Positions 48,536 to 60,793 of a stretch of 64,000 nucleotides of DNA are shown here, piece after piece. The stretch comes from Botryllus schlosseri (lineage: Eukaryota): assembly GCA_051294905.1 (NCBI GenBank), contig CM119371.1, positions 14,820,001 to 14,884,000 on the forward strand. The letters are read 5' to 3'. The notes beneath the pieces are model-generated. The model made no database searches, was not told where the DNA came from, and was given only the letters and a program-made list of their open reading frames with translations. Positions within the stretch are counted from its first letter, which is position 1, and each line of letters begins with the position of its first letter. A program made the translations under genes and the position numbers.

Positions 48536-50401
48536 TAGGAATGGTGTGAACGTGAGGTTCACGTTCGCGTTCTGTGTGTGAACCTCAGAAATTGGAGGTT
48601 CACGTTCACAAACGAACCTTCATAGGTTCTGCACTGTGAACCTTTTTCATATATTACAATTTTAACTTCATTATAACATCTTTGGTTGAAATTTATTGCA
48701 TTTCAACTGCGGGACACTATATATGCAGTTAATGTCGCTGACAGCATAAAAAAAATCAGCACTAAACGAGCATGCACCTTGACAATCCCAATAATTTGCC
48801 TTGCTTTGTTACAAAAGTTTACTCGGATGTTCAGTGACTCTCTGCTGTTAGCTTGACCCGCAATCACACAACATCAAGAGCGAAATACAGTAGCCTACAT
48901 CTATAGGTAGACAGCGAATGATGCTTATTCAACCAATCAACGAAGTTGATACCGTTGTCTGAGGTAAAAAATCTATAAGGCGTACGGGGTTAATCTTGAG
49001 GCGATTGAGGTGTTGGCTACAGCTGTATAACTTGTTGATGGGGTACTGTCGGTAGCAAGTATAGAATCCGGTTGTTCACTCTGCTCAATATCAACGTGGC
49101 AATACTCAGACGCCGAATACATTGTCCGGTCTGGCCTAGACCGTTAAGGCGTAGGCTTATATTCCTTGCAAGTCCTAGTCTAAATTGTTGGTAAAGCGAC
49201 GGAAGATATTGATTTTAAGGGATAATTATATCATTTGATTGTCCCAGTCGATACGTTTGGCGACGTTGAAAACGTCAATATGTAGGGGAGATGTGGTACC
49301 GATGGATCACTGGGACCGAAAATACTTGAAAAATTCTCCATGATAATTCCATGATTACACTCCGTGAATTTGTCTACAATTCCATGCTGGCAGAATCTTT
49401 CCTCACATGCAAAAAAAATCGACCTGCGTGGGTTATGGGGTCTGTGACGACTGATTTACGTTTTAGGGGGTGTAAAGTAAATTTGGATCGACATTTGCAT
49501 TTTTCTATGTCACCTTTCAGACAAACAAACCACCCATAATTTTCAATGTGAAGAGGGCTTGTATCAAGGTATATAATGACACATATTTTTTCAATCAATA
49601 CCATCCTTGCTTGAGTGGACTATTTTCAAGTCAATTTCAATATTTATGGGGTGTGGAACCTATGGCACCATAGCCAAATCAAGCAAAATAGATGTACCAA
49701 CTAATCACTTATCAACATGAACTCGCCTACATATATATAGGCTGTAAATCATAGTTACCTGTGGTATTTTATCGCTATTACGAGGTATTTGAAAGTCATT
49801 GCGGTTTGCGGGTAATATGTATGTGGCATTCATTTTGTAAGTTTGGGCGTGAATGAAAACATGATTTTATGTCAACATTTGAGTTGATCAAATCTATTTT
49901 ATTCTTGAAGGTCGCGACGAAACGTTCTCTATTGGCTTGCTGTAGCTTAGCTTACAGTACACAACAAGTTAACAAATTTGAGTTTTTGAGCGTATGTCTC
50001 ATAGGTCCCCTGGTCGTGTGCCTATGGACCCACCGGGTGGGGACCGATGACACGTTCGAGCAACAAATTTTGAACTTTTATAAACATTTTTGAAAAAGGC
50101 GGATATTCATGTACATGTCCGCGATAGGTCGATCTTGTATCGAAGTGTTGAGACAGCAAAAGATCTGCTATTCTCGGCTGAAGATTTGAGGGCTAGAGAT
50201 CATTTTGCAATTTTTGATCCATCGGTACCACATCTCCCCTACTTCGGTAGGTATCGTGTACATTAGTATTGGCTACCACTTCGCTGAAAGGTAGGCCTAG
50301 GGTTGAATTAGCAATATGACGTCACGAGGTTCACACAGAACCTTTCAAAAAGGTTCGCGTTCACACGAACCTGAACCTTTCAGAAGTTCACACCATCCCT
50401 A
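48536..50401. mobile_element. hAT MITE family B, second copy, interrupted by 49285-50239
   Basis: TAGGAATGGTGTGAAC ... GTTCACACCATCCCTA; TSD GTTCCTTC/GTTCCTCC; colinear with 36166-37166. Confidence 0.88.
49285..50239. mobile_element. TA-targeting MITE family C (GGGGAGATGTGGTACC termini; probably pogo/Tc1-mariner-related)
   Basis: GGGGAGATGTGGTACCGATGGATC ... GATCCATCGGTACCACATCTCCCC perfect 24-bp TIR flanked by TA; absent from the family B copy at 36166. Confidence 0.9.
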
Positions 50402-50449
50402 GTTCCTCCCTATTGACCACATGATGTCAAACTTATTGTTTCAATGCAG

Positions 50450-50613
50450 ATCCTGCTGCACCGGCGATCGCTCAGGCACAGTCTCTCAGCGCGTGGGTGA
50501 TTGTGTTGATAGTGCTATTTATCCTATTTCTGATCATTATCGTCGCCATTATCGTATACTGTTGCCGGAAAAGACAAAGAGAGAAACAGAAAGGGTCGTA
50601 TGACGTTTACGCG
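50450..50613 (+). CDS. Receptor-like gene exon: transmembrane helix and juxtamembrane region
   Basis: TGCAG| acceptor, GCG|GTAAGT donor, phase 1-0; PAAPAIAQAQSLSAWVIVLIVLFILFLIIIVAIIVYCCRKRQREKQKGSYDVYA (hydrophobic run followed by a basic stop-transfer). Confidence 0.9.
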
Positions 50614-50669
50614 GTAAGTATAACGATGCTAGTATTTCCATACGTTCCACAGCTGCGACACCAATGGCT

Positions 50670-51068
50670 TGCGGGTTCGAGTCCGGCTGAGGTCGACTCC
50701 AGAATCCCTATATCCGACTCCAATCTCGCCATTGCGGGCCGAACTATGGTGTGCTATCGTATGTTAACTATCGTATGCCATGACAATGGATTATGTGAAC
50801 TGTGCACACAGCCGGAATCAGTGGAACGTTTCCTGCTAAAATATCCGAGATGCTCAACTAACAGACAATATATCATCGAAGCTGCAAGGAACCAAGGCGG
50901 AAACATTGTGTTATAGGAAATTCTTACTAGCCTTTTCGCTGCAACGCTTATTATAGAATTCGCACACCTGTCGAATCGAGAAAAGTCTTGTTCTCTAATC
51001 AAACTTTCGATTTCGTGCACAAAGCCACAGTAGCCGAGCATCAATAAAAACCATACCAACCAACCAAC
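50670..51068 (+). mobile_element. Retroposon relic: B-box-like head plus LINE 3' fragment with (AACC)n tail
   Basis: GGTTCGAGTCC at ~50674; GLCELCTQPESVERFLLKYP resembles the CCHC tail of the 27780 LINE; ends AATAAAAACCATACCAACCAACCAACC. Confidence 0.5.
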
Positions 51069-51437
51069 CCTAGGTAACTCAAATGTCTTCCAAGATATTC
51101 GCTATATCTTTGTACTGTATGCTAGGCTATCCCTGGTGTCATTAGACATTTTGAGTCGCGAATGTATAGTACATCACAGCCACCTCCGATTAACGGAAAA
51201 GAGTTTGCCGCACTTCGACAAAATCTACTGTTTGCAACTACTCACTTAAGTTCTTTTAATACCATTCACCTCTACTTCCAATTGATGTTGCTTAAACATT
51301 AAATATTTTAAAATTGCTACTTTTATTTCTACTTCAGTAGCAAGACTGAAAACTTTGACCGCTTCTGATTATTACACTAGGGCTGCGTATACTGAATTGT
51401 AAGTGCATGGTTGCTAACGATTTGCCTTCCATTCCAG

Positions 51438-51518
51438 ATCCCAAAATCTCGACGCGAAAGAGGACAGAATATTTCAACTGTATCGAGAGAATCTTACGAC
51501 AACATGGTCATCGATTGA
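51438..51518 (+). CDS. Receptor-like gene last exon: cytoplasmic tail IPKSRRERGQNISTVSRESYDNMVID*
   Basis: Strong acceptor GCTAAC...TTTGCCTTCCATTCCAG|; phase 0 matches the TM exon; open to TGA at 51516-51518. Confidence 0.75.
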   Translation: MPKSRRERGQNISTVSRESYDNMVID

Positions 51519-52146
51519 TTTCGTCGCTGCTAAATTTATGCAGTTATCGCTGCTAAGCCTCGCAGAATATGTACCAAGTTTCCCGTGCCTATGTTTTGTA
51601 TATACGACTTGAGATGGCGAGTGCTATGCGCTATTACCCGGCTTCTACAGTTCTATTCGTCTCAGACTGTTTTTCAATGCTCATATTTTTACATAGGTTG
51701 TCAGTGACTATGTGCTTCTACTTTTCCGAGTATACTCAAGTATCTTTTGCACACCTGATCTACTTACTCCATTTGATATGGCTTTAGACCAATCCTACTT
51801 CTATGCTTATTAACTTTACTTTCCGGGCAATACTACTTACTTTTACACTTTGGATTGCGAAAAATAGAAAGTAGTTTTGAGATATGCTTGCGTCACTTTT
51901 ATGATTGGAGTTATCATGGCAACTGAGCGAAAGTGACCCATGTAACACATGCAGCCAGGGTCCAAAGAACTCGTCAAAAACTTTGACTCGCCACAGCTGA
52001 TTGATATTGTCGATAAATTCATTGAATACTGTTTTTAGTCTCCATGCTTTAAACTTGAAGCTTATACATTAAAGACGATTTATTCGTTGTATAGGTGGAT
52101 AAATACGCGAATAATTTATATATTCGGTAATCCGGCCAGCCAAGTA

Positions 52147-55100
52147 GGAGAGATGTGGTACCGATGGATCACTGGGACCGAAAATACTTTGAAACTTATC
52201 CGTGATAATTCCATGATTACACTCCGTAAATTTGTCTACAATTGCATGCTGGCCAAATCTTTCCTCAGATACAAAAAAATCGACGTGTGCGAGCTATGGG
52301 GTCTCTCACAAATGTTTTTTGTTTTGGGGGGTGTAAACTAAATTTAGATCGACATATACATTTTTGTTTGTAACCTTCAACACGAACAAACCAGCAATCA
52401 TTTTTATTGTGAAGTGTAGGGCTTGTATCAGGCTGTATAATGGCACCTATTATTTTTTCAGTACCTTCCTTGAGTAGTATTTTTTTCGATTCATGTATAC
52501 AATTCGTAGGGTGGGGACCGATGATGCAATAGCCAAATCAAGCAAAATAATCAAGCATACTAATCACGAAACAAATGAAACATGCCTACGTACGGAAAAT
52601 CTTTATGGCTAATAGGCCTTTTGCAGGACTTCGATCACGTGACTAGAAACGCATAGCAACAACAAATTGGTTAGCAAGCTACTTTCTCGCGCACCTGCTT
52701 CAGTGCTAAATATCGCATAGTGTACTGTTGATTTCTGGTTGTAAACGTTTCGGAAATTTGTTGTAGAAGTCATCAGAGATTCACCTATGCTAGATGTCAA
52801 TCCTGTACAAACCGTTTAGAATGATATCGTCAGAATTACGCAGAAATCCATCGGTAACGTAGTTGTATTACGGTACTCAACTCTGATCATATGTACCTAA
52901 ATTTATGCATTTGAAGTGCAGCGATTGGCTTATATTCTGGTAAGAGTATTTGTTAGTTCAAGCAGTACTATTTGTCTGTTATGGAGCCTGATTTTGGATG
53001 GAAGATATGGCTGAAGCAGCCGGGATCCGCAAGGATCAGGATATACTGTCTGCTGGTTTGGGTGCTGGCGTGCTGCTATAAAACAAATGTCGCTGAACAC
53101 ATCGGAAGTATCTTTTGGGAAAACCTGCCGTCAAGACTAAGCAAATCAGTGCACTTTATTGTTGCCTTATACAATGCCGATTTTATTACCACTACGTCGC
53201 AACTGCGATTGAAGTGGATTTGGCAAATCACACTCGATTTTGATAAATAGTTGATGTCACATAGGTGCGATATTTACCGAACTAAGGGAAGTAACTATCA
53301 TATAACTCTTAGAGCAGCTCAAACGCAGTGACAAGATCGGTCATCCTATACCCAGACGTGGTCAACGTGGTCATTGTTGGGAACCGAGTAGAAGTAATGC
53401 CTTAATTTATACTCCAGTACAAGTAGCACTAATTACTTCCAGAACATGTCCAAAGTACTTCAAGTGGAAGTAGAAATGAATTTCTGAAAAGCGGACAAGA
53501 AATTCGTTACATGAAGTAGATTTGGTTGAGGGTCACTTAGTTTTAGAAATTGATGCCATGTGACAACTGTAAACATTGCATGTTGCATCTTCTTGATCAA
53601 CGCAAAAGGGTGATGACACCACAAATAAGTGCAATTTTCAAAAATTAATTTAGTTACCGTGGTACTGGGGCTATTTTGCCCAGTTGTTATGACAACCTCA
53701 CGCTTGAAGGGGATGCAATCATGCGCCAAAGCTACTTTCTAGTTGACAAAATCCCAAACCTGACAAAAAAGTACTACCTTAAAAGCGTCAAGTAGAAGTG
53801 GAAGTAGCCTAAACTCACAATGACGCTAGTACTCAGGTAAAATAGTACTTCGTTGCTGACCCCCTCTGTGTATTGGCTCAACCAACTCAGAAACATCCTC
53901 TAAAGACGACTAACATTGTTTCTTTCGCATTGACTCCGTAATATTCTGAACTTATGATATTCTTTGATTCATTGAATTTACAAATAAACTTGCAAAGAAG
54001 ATCGATTTATTAATTTTTGTGCATTCGATACCCAGAGCATAAGAAATAGTTGAAGAAAAATCGATGTTAACCTTATCAAGTTCAATAACTGCCGAGACTG
54101 TTATGCCTATGTATTTTCCTCTACCTCCATAGCCACTTGTCTAGGCATATTCATAGCATCCATGGAAGAGCGCTTGTATTGCTGTACACAAATGAAATAT
54201 CATTTTCAAAGCAGACATCAACATCGGGAAAGAAGTTCAGGACAGTTAGTCAGTGGTCAGATCATCTGGTGACATTTTCTGTTGGCATGAAACCACGCTG
54301 CCTTCCACCGCATGACCAAATTTTATGTGGTGATAATAATTGGCTCCAGGCTGAATTCTTGACGAGGGCATCATCAATTTCTTAGTTGCCTATGTTCGGC
54401 TCTCTCGGGATAATCCATCAGATCATTAATCCGTATGCATGTGGTATAGCCATATGTCTTGAAACTCAAGATATTTGCACTGTGCCATAGAGTGAAGTAA
54501 TCCAATCTAGGCAATCAATCAAGTAATCCAGGCCCCGGGACAGTTTGTTTCACCCTCAATTGGAGCTGATGATCATTTTCCTTCGGGTAGTGGCACCTGG
54601 CAGCATGACAGAATGATCAATAACTTGTAATATAGGTGTAGAGGTCTAAATATTTTTAATTGTTTAACTGAGAAGTCATACAATAGCTTAGGATATTTAA
54701 TATATTTATGGTATGTAGCACATTGCATGAATTCATGACACATCAACGTACTGGCACTGGCAGTCATTGTCTCTTAGGCTTAAAAATAGCAGTATCCTAT
54801 ATATATATTGCAATCGATATCAATCATCAAAATGCTGCAATGATTACCAACTACCGCTACAATACAACTATAATATACTATCCACACCTAACTTAATGCT
54901 GCAATAAATATCACGCAGTCAATGTCCTGCAATGTCGAATTTTGTGTCATAACATCATAGTTGACAACCAAATAACGGCTACAATGTCAATCATTTTGAC
55001 GCAAGGAGTTTACATAGTTCATGAATCAAAGACATCCAACATATTTGAATCCTTGCGCATCTCCATGACACTTGCGAACGTTTACAGCCCGAAAACGATA

Positions 55101-55870
55101 ATATACTGTATCCGAAATACGCCTACGTTAACGACGGATTTCTGCGTAATTCTGACGATATCATTCTATGTGCTTTGTACAGGATTGACATCTAGCATAG
55201 GTAAATCTCTGATGACTTCTACAACAAATTTCCGAAACGTTTACAACCAGAAATCAACAGTACACTATGCGATATTTAGCACTGAAGCAGGTGCGCGAGA
55301 AAGTAGCTTGCTAACCAATTTGTTGTTGCTATGCGTATCTAGTCACGTGATCGAAGTCCTGCAATTTATTGTGAAAATTGCATATGATGTTTTATCGCTA
55401 TAACGAGGTATTTGGAAGTCACACTGTCGATTTTCAGGCAATATGTATGTACCCTCAAATTTATAAGTTCGAGCCTAAATCAAAACGTGATTTTATGACA
55501 ACACGTGATTTAGTTTACTTTTGGACGGTTGCGACCATACATTCTTCTTTGGCTTGCTGTAGCATAGATTATAATACTGAGCAAGAAAAGTTGTCACATC
55601 TGACTTTTTTAGGGTATATGTGTCATAGGTCCCCGGGTCGTGTGCCATCGGACCCACCGGGTGGGGACCGATGATTCGTTCGAACAACAAATTTTGAACG
55701 TCCATAAATATTTTTTTAAAAGACGGATATCCATGTATATGTGCGCGATAGGTTGAGCTTGTATCAAAGTGCTGAGCCAGCAAAAGATCTGCTGTTTTCG
55801 GCTGAACATTTTGGGGCCAGCGATCATTTTCCAATTTTTGATCCATCGCCCATCGGAACCACATCTCCGC
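52147..55870. mobile_element. MITE family C copy split by a 2.7-kb insertion
   Basis: TA|GGAGAGATGTGGTACCGATGG ... CCATCGGAACCACATCTCCGC|TA; the halves 52147-52606 and 55365-55870 rejoin to match 59538-60215 and 49285-50239. Confidence 0.85.
52621..55364. mobile_element. Long-TIR DNA element (~250-bp inverted repeats, 2.7 kb), superfamily uncertain
   Basis: 52621-~52875 (TTGCAGGACTTCGATCACGTGACTAG...) is the near-perfect reverse complement of ~55105-55364; near-identical peptides appear in ORFs 52609(-) and 54942(+). Confidence 0.85.
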
Positions 55871-56174
55871 TACTTCATTTTCCCATATCCGGCCCGCTGA
55901 CCGGAGAATTTGTCTGCCCCTATCGTAGGGCGGGGGGTTATGCAGCCAGTGACAAAAAGGTCCGAAGAATATAAGTTTGTGTCGATTTTATTGACCTAAT
56001 CATAGTGTCGAATTCAAGCATGACGAAATAAAAGACCAAAATTATATTGGCGTAGCAAGAAGTATGCGATTCTGAACTCTAAATAGCAGTGCGGCTGCTT
56101 CGATTTTTTTATGGTGCTACAGCGCCCCCTTGGGAGCTGCTTCTTTTGCGTTGGGAGAGAGAGAGTCTTTATTT

Positions 56175-56845
56175 CATCATCATCATCATCATCATCATTG
56201 GTTTATTAGCAATTTTATCAGTTCAATACACCACAAAAATGCGATACAATGAAAAGACAGGAAGATGTCGAAGCGACAAGGAGTAGTCTATGGAATCTGA
56301 CACCCACCTTAGCCTAGGCGATGTAAAGAGGAGGCATGCACATTGCACACTGAATGAAAGTAAAGAAGATAGTATAGAAAAAGAAAGCGACAAGAAATAG
56401 GGCGGCATGTCATGGGAAGCGAGATCGATAGGTCAGTCGTGGACCGGTAATCTTGAGGTTGGACTGTATTTATATAGTAGTAATTGCTTGTATTTCGACT
56501 TGAATGTGGACATGCTCGTCGACTGTCGGATGGCCGGCGGGATACTGTTCCACACATCAGGTCCGGCATATTTGATAGAGCGATGATCTTTTCGGTCGAT
56601 CATATGATATTTGGACGACGTGGACGCGCGTGTGTTGTACTTGTGCGCTTTTGATTCCGAGATAAAGAAGTCATTGAAGTATTCGGGGCAACGACCGCAG
56701 TGGAACTGATACATAAACTTGGCGATTTCTAGTTTCCGCATATCTTCTATGTTTAGGACGCCGAATCTCTTCAGCAGCGACTTGTTGGATGGGCAGCCAG
56801 GCCCCTTTGGAGCTCTAGCTATGATTCGGAGTACTTTATTTTCAT
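56175..56845 (-). mobile_element. 5'-truncated L2/CR1-group LINE (ORF2 C-terminus, 3' UTR, (ATG)n tail)
   Basis: NKVLRIIA...LLKRFGVLNIEDMRKLEIAKFMY...HKYNTR...SIKYAGPDVWNSIPPAIRQSTSMSTFKSKYK; minus-strand AATAAA followed by (ATG)n at ~56175-56198; TTTCATC-like sequence at both junctions. Confidence 0.88.
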
Positions 56846-58076
56846 CCAACCAAAATACATAACAAACGGCAGTGATGGTGGTACAGAGAATATGCATGCA
56901 CAGTATTCGGTATTAGATAGGAATGATCGATAAGACCATGAAGGTCATCTAGTCTGATCACACCAGAATCAAACAGGTACACTTAATTGACTCTGAACAG
57001 TCTGGCTGTAAAAAATGTTTAGTTGAAAAAGGAAAATAGAAGAAAAATTAAACGATGGTAGCAAATGATCAATGAAGCAATGTCTGGGCTAGGTAGGGCA
57101 ACAGAGTTAGTAGTATAACGACAGGAGGTGATCAAGTAGGTGTTTTTTGAATCTATTATAAGGCAATTCACGGATATGTGGTGGTAATGCATTCCAGCCA
57201 GATGATAGGTCCCGTAGGCTATGCTTTGAGTCGTCATTTGTGCAGTTTCAGTACGTCTCGCGTTTTTAACACAATATTTAAAGAAACAAATAATGTCTCT
57301 GCTTAAGATTTTCATAAAGCGCTAACTTTGATGAGCGTCAGTGACAATCTTTCAGTTAAAGGTAATTAAATTACATTCACGTTTGTCCTTTACGTAGTGG
57401 TGGCGATAAGCGTCTTCCACCCGGCGGTCCGGTTTCATAATTGGGTTTATTAGCAGTCAGATACTATTCTGGGCTCCGCCTCTCCCATGTCGCTGTTCTT
57501 CCGGCAACAAAAAGCCGGGAAATACCACAGATGAAAGAGTGCACTTTCAAGGAATGGAAACAACAAACAGTGATGCGCGGATAGAGACAAAAATCAAAGA
57601 AAGAACTGCGAGATCGGACACTGTTCCGAGGGGGATGCCCGTTTAAGAGACCGCAACTGCAGCAGCAATTGGTCATTCGGCATCCTCCAATCTGTTCATT
57701 ACGTCTCATTATGCCTTATCGCTTTGATATTGAGTAAACATATACCCCGATGCCTGTTCATTGCAACTGGCACTGGCCCACTTTACGCTCATCAAGTGCT
57801 TCTTTACAGCTTTGTATTGTTAATGTTCATGTTCGAAATTGTTTGCTCGAATATGCACGTAGACCCGAACAGTCTTAGCTTCGCCCTGAATGCCTTTACA
57901 GTTGAGAAGATTTCGTGAGCAAAAGTACTCTTCCATTGAAATCGGGTGTTCATGGTTCAATTCATTAATGTGTTCAAATACATCAACTAAGATCCAAGAA
58001 CAAAAGAACTAAGAACAAAAATAAAACAAAGAACTAAAGTATTAACTAGACGAGTCACTCTAATTTGACGTAGCAA

Positions 58077-58290
58077 CAGGGCTGTGAAGTCGGAGTCGGA
58101 GTCATTGGAGTCGGTGGAGTCGGAGTCTGGGTAATTTTTGCTTCGTGGAGTCGGAGTCGGAGTCGGTGTCGTGAAAACTATAATAGCTGGAGTCGGAGTC
58201 GGGGACGTAGGAAAAATACTGACTGGAGTCGGAGTCGGAGTTTGTGAGAATTACCCTGACTTCGACTCCGACTCCGACTCCAACTTCTCT
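58077..58290. mobile_element. Short GGAGTC-repeat MITE
   Basis: Starts CAGGGCTGTGAAGTCGGAGTC, contains (GGAGTC)n arrays, and ends with inverted (GACTCC)n. Confidence 0.7.
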
Positions 58291-58372
58291 ATCATGAAAA
58301 CATTTGCCTTCAAAGAATTTTCAATCGAATTTTTATGTACCACCAATCACTGTTGTTAATAACCATACAGAT

Positions 58373-59234
58373 CAGGTGCGGCCAGCCCGTGGCACGCAGG
58401 CCAAATTTGGCACACGGGAAGGTTAGGTGTGGCCATGGCCAGTGGCCTGCGAGGTAATTATCGAAATTATTTATGACATCAGGTACAATTGCAAGGCCAA
58501 CCAAAATTTAATTGGCATGACCGCGAAATTTGATGATGACTAAAACAACATGTCTGACGCATTGACGTATCCAGGGGCCAGCCAAATTTATCCCAGATCT
58601 TCGTATATGACCATAAAGTAGAATATTTCACAGCAGATTTATTTGACTTGAAATTTTTCTCGGTACTTAACATGACTCATTGTCACTAGATTTGTTACAT
58701 TCAGTATTTGAGCCCCTTCTGAAAATTATAAATACATATTATTCACAGAATTGAGTCTAACTATATTCGCAATTATAGGAGATAACGTGTCGTCCAACAT
58801 CCGGCTTCGCTTGTGCTCTCGCAGCGAGATCTTCGACAAAACATTTGCACAAAATGATAGAGGCATGTTCACTGATACCGTCGAGTTTGCTATGTCTAAA
58901 CGTCGAATAATCCTGTCCTTGCCAAATGAGCCCAGTGGTATACAGATGCGACCCCCAATGTATGTTAGCAACATATTCATTGATATAATTCAGTCATTAC
59001 CTTGCAAAAAAAATTCGCGCTTTGCGCGACCAGAGCCAGATTGCGCACTGCACTGTTGCATGACATATTGTTATCAATTTTAGAGCGTATTAATATAAGT
59101 CTTGTGTGCAATGTTACCTAATTCGGTTCGCTCCTATCGGACGACTAAAAAAAGGTTATCAACATTCCAATTGCCCGCGCAATGGTTAGTAAATCTTATG
59201 TGTCCCTTTGCCCAAAAAAAGTTGGCCACCCCTG
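58373..59234. mobile_element. hAT MITE family A copy
   Basis: CAGGTGCGGCCAGCC ... GTTGGCCACCCCTG; TSD ATACAGAT/ATATAGAT (7/8); homologous to 31855-32556. Confidence 0.82.
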
Positions 59235-59537
59235 ATATAGATAAAATTAGACATTACTTGCAAATTACAACTCAGTTGCACAGGATAAGAAAATCGCAAT
59301 ATGAGTTTTCGCGATGCAATCAAAATTGATGCAATTTTTGGAATTATACCATATGATACTGTGGCAGAGCAAATGCATCGGCTGGTTTTGTAAAATTGTA
59401 AAAATGATGTGAATATGACCAAACGATGCTTCCCACTTGATAAAATTAAAAATATTTGTAGTGTCGCTTAGCTGTTTGGGTTGAACAAATGATTAAGAAA
59501 GACTGCAAGTCCCAATTCTTGAATACTTGATTAAGTA

Positions 59538-60215
59538 GGGGAGATGTGGTACCGATGGATCACTGGGACCGAAAATAATTTGAAAATTCTCTATGATAAT
59601 TCCATGATTACACTCCGTGAACTTGACTACAATTGCATGCTGGCAAAATCTTTCCTCACATACAAAAAAAAATCGACGAGCGCGAGCTATGGGGTCTCTC
59701 ACAGATGTTTTTTTTGTTTTGGGGGGTGTAAACTGAATTTAAATCGACATATACATTTTTCTTTGTAACTTTCAACACGAACAAACCAGCAATCATTTTT
59801 ATTGTGTAGTGTAGGGCTTGTATCAGGCTGTATAATGGCACCTATTATTTTATTCAGTACCTTCCTTGAGTGGAATTTTTTTCGATTCATGTGTAAAATT
59901 CGTAGGGTGGGGACCGATGATACAATAGCCAAATCAAGCAAAATAATCAAGCCTACTAATCATGAAACAAATGAAACATGCCTACGTACAGAAAATATTT
60001 ATGTAAAAATTGCATATGATGTTTCATCGCTATAATGAGGTATTCGGAAGTCACACTGTCGATTTTCGGGCAACATGTATGTACCCTCAAATTTATAAAT
60101 TCGAGCCTAAATCCAAACGTGATTTTATGACAACATTTGCGTTTTTATTTATTCTATTTTTTGACATTTGCGACCAAACATTCTTCTTTAGCTTGCTGTA
60201 GCTTAGATTATGATA
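59538..60215. mobile_element. MITE family C, right-truncated copy upstream of the kelch gene
   Basis: TA|GGGGAGATGTGGTACCGATGGATC; highly similar to 52147-52606 plus 55365-55575. Confidence 0.85.
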
Positions 60216-60793
60216 CATTCACATTACACATTCACATTACATTCACGCAATTCACTATACCACTTTGTGTTAGTAATTCAAAGGGGTTTCTGAAATGTTT
60301 AGATCACAGCATTCACTACGAAACGAATAGTTAAGAATCTCCTGTGGCTTCAATATTCAATGTATTATGGAAACATCTCTATCGGGCAAAGAAAAATCTA
60401 TCCATGCCTTGATCATAGTTGTTACTTATTGTACAGGTAACTCTATGCAGGCTAAATATTTGGTATTTTCCGTATTCCTGTCTTCATTCAATTAGATCTT
60501 TTCTATCACTAGTAAAAGAAGGTAATGTTGATGTTTATGTTCCACCCTTATAATCAACTGGCTTCCCTTGGAACCTTTCATTGAATGTCTCTGCAATTTT
60601 CGAAAAATGTGTAGTTTTATTCAACTGTGAAATTATAAATCAATATTAACTTAGTTGGTTAGCGGCAGTTATGAATGCGGGTTATTTGGTCGGTATGAAT
60701 GATTTTTGTGTGCTTTTACTTTAATCATGTGTATTTTAAAAACAGCACTTTAGTCTTCAATATAGAAATATCCCTAACAAGTGACTGGTGACC

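Noticed and set aside
50660..50710. tRNA gene suggested by GGTTCGAGTCC
   Set aside because: No A-box or cloverleaf could be built.
50497..50916. 139-aa ORF as a standalone membrane protein
   Set aside because: Only 50450-50613 is exon; the rest reads through a GTAAGT donor into intron and retroposon sequence.
54942..55403. 153-aa ORF and its near-identical partner at 52609-52800
   Set aside because: The identity comes from the terminal inverted repeats of one element; no recognisable domain.
58138..58359. GV-repeat ORF, the similar SG-rich ORF at 31707-31913 and other 60-130 aa ORFs in the track
   Set aside because: They are translations of MITE subterminal hexamer repeats or random open frames, without domain signatures or splice-consistent structure.
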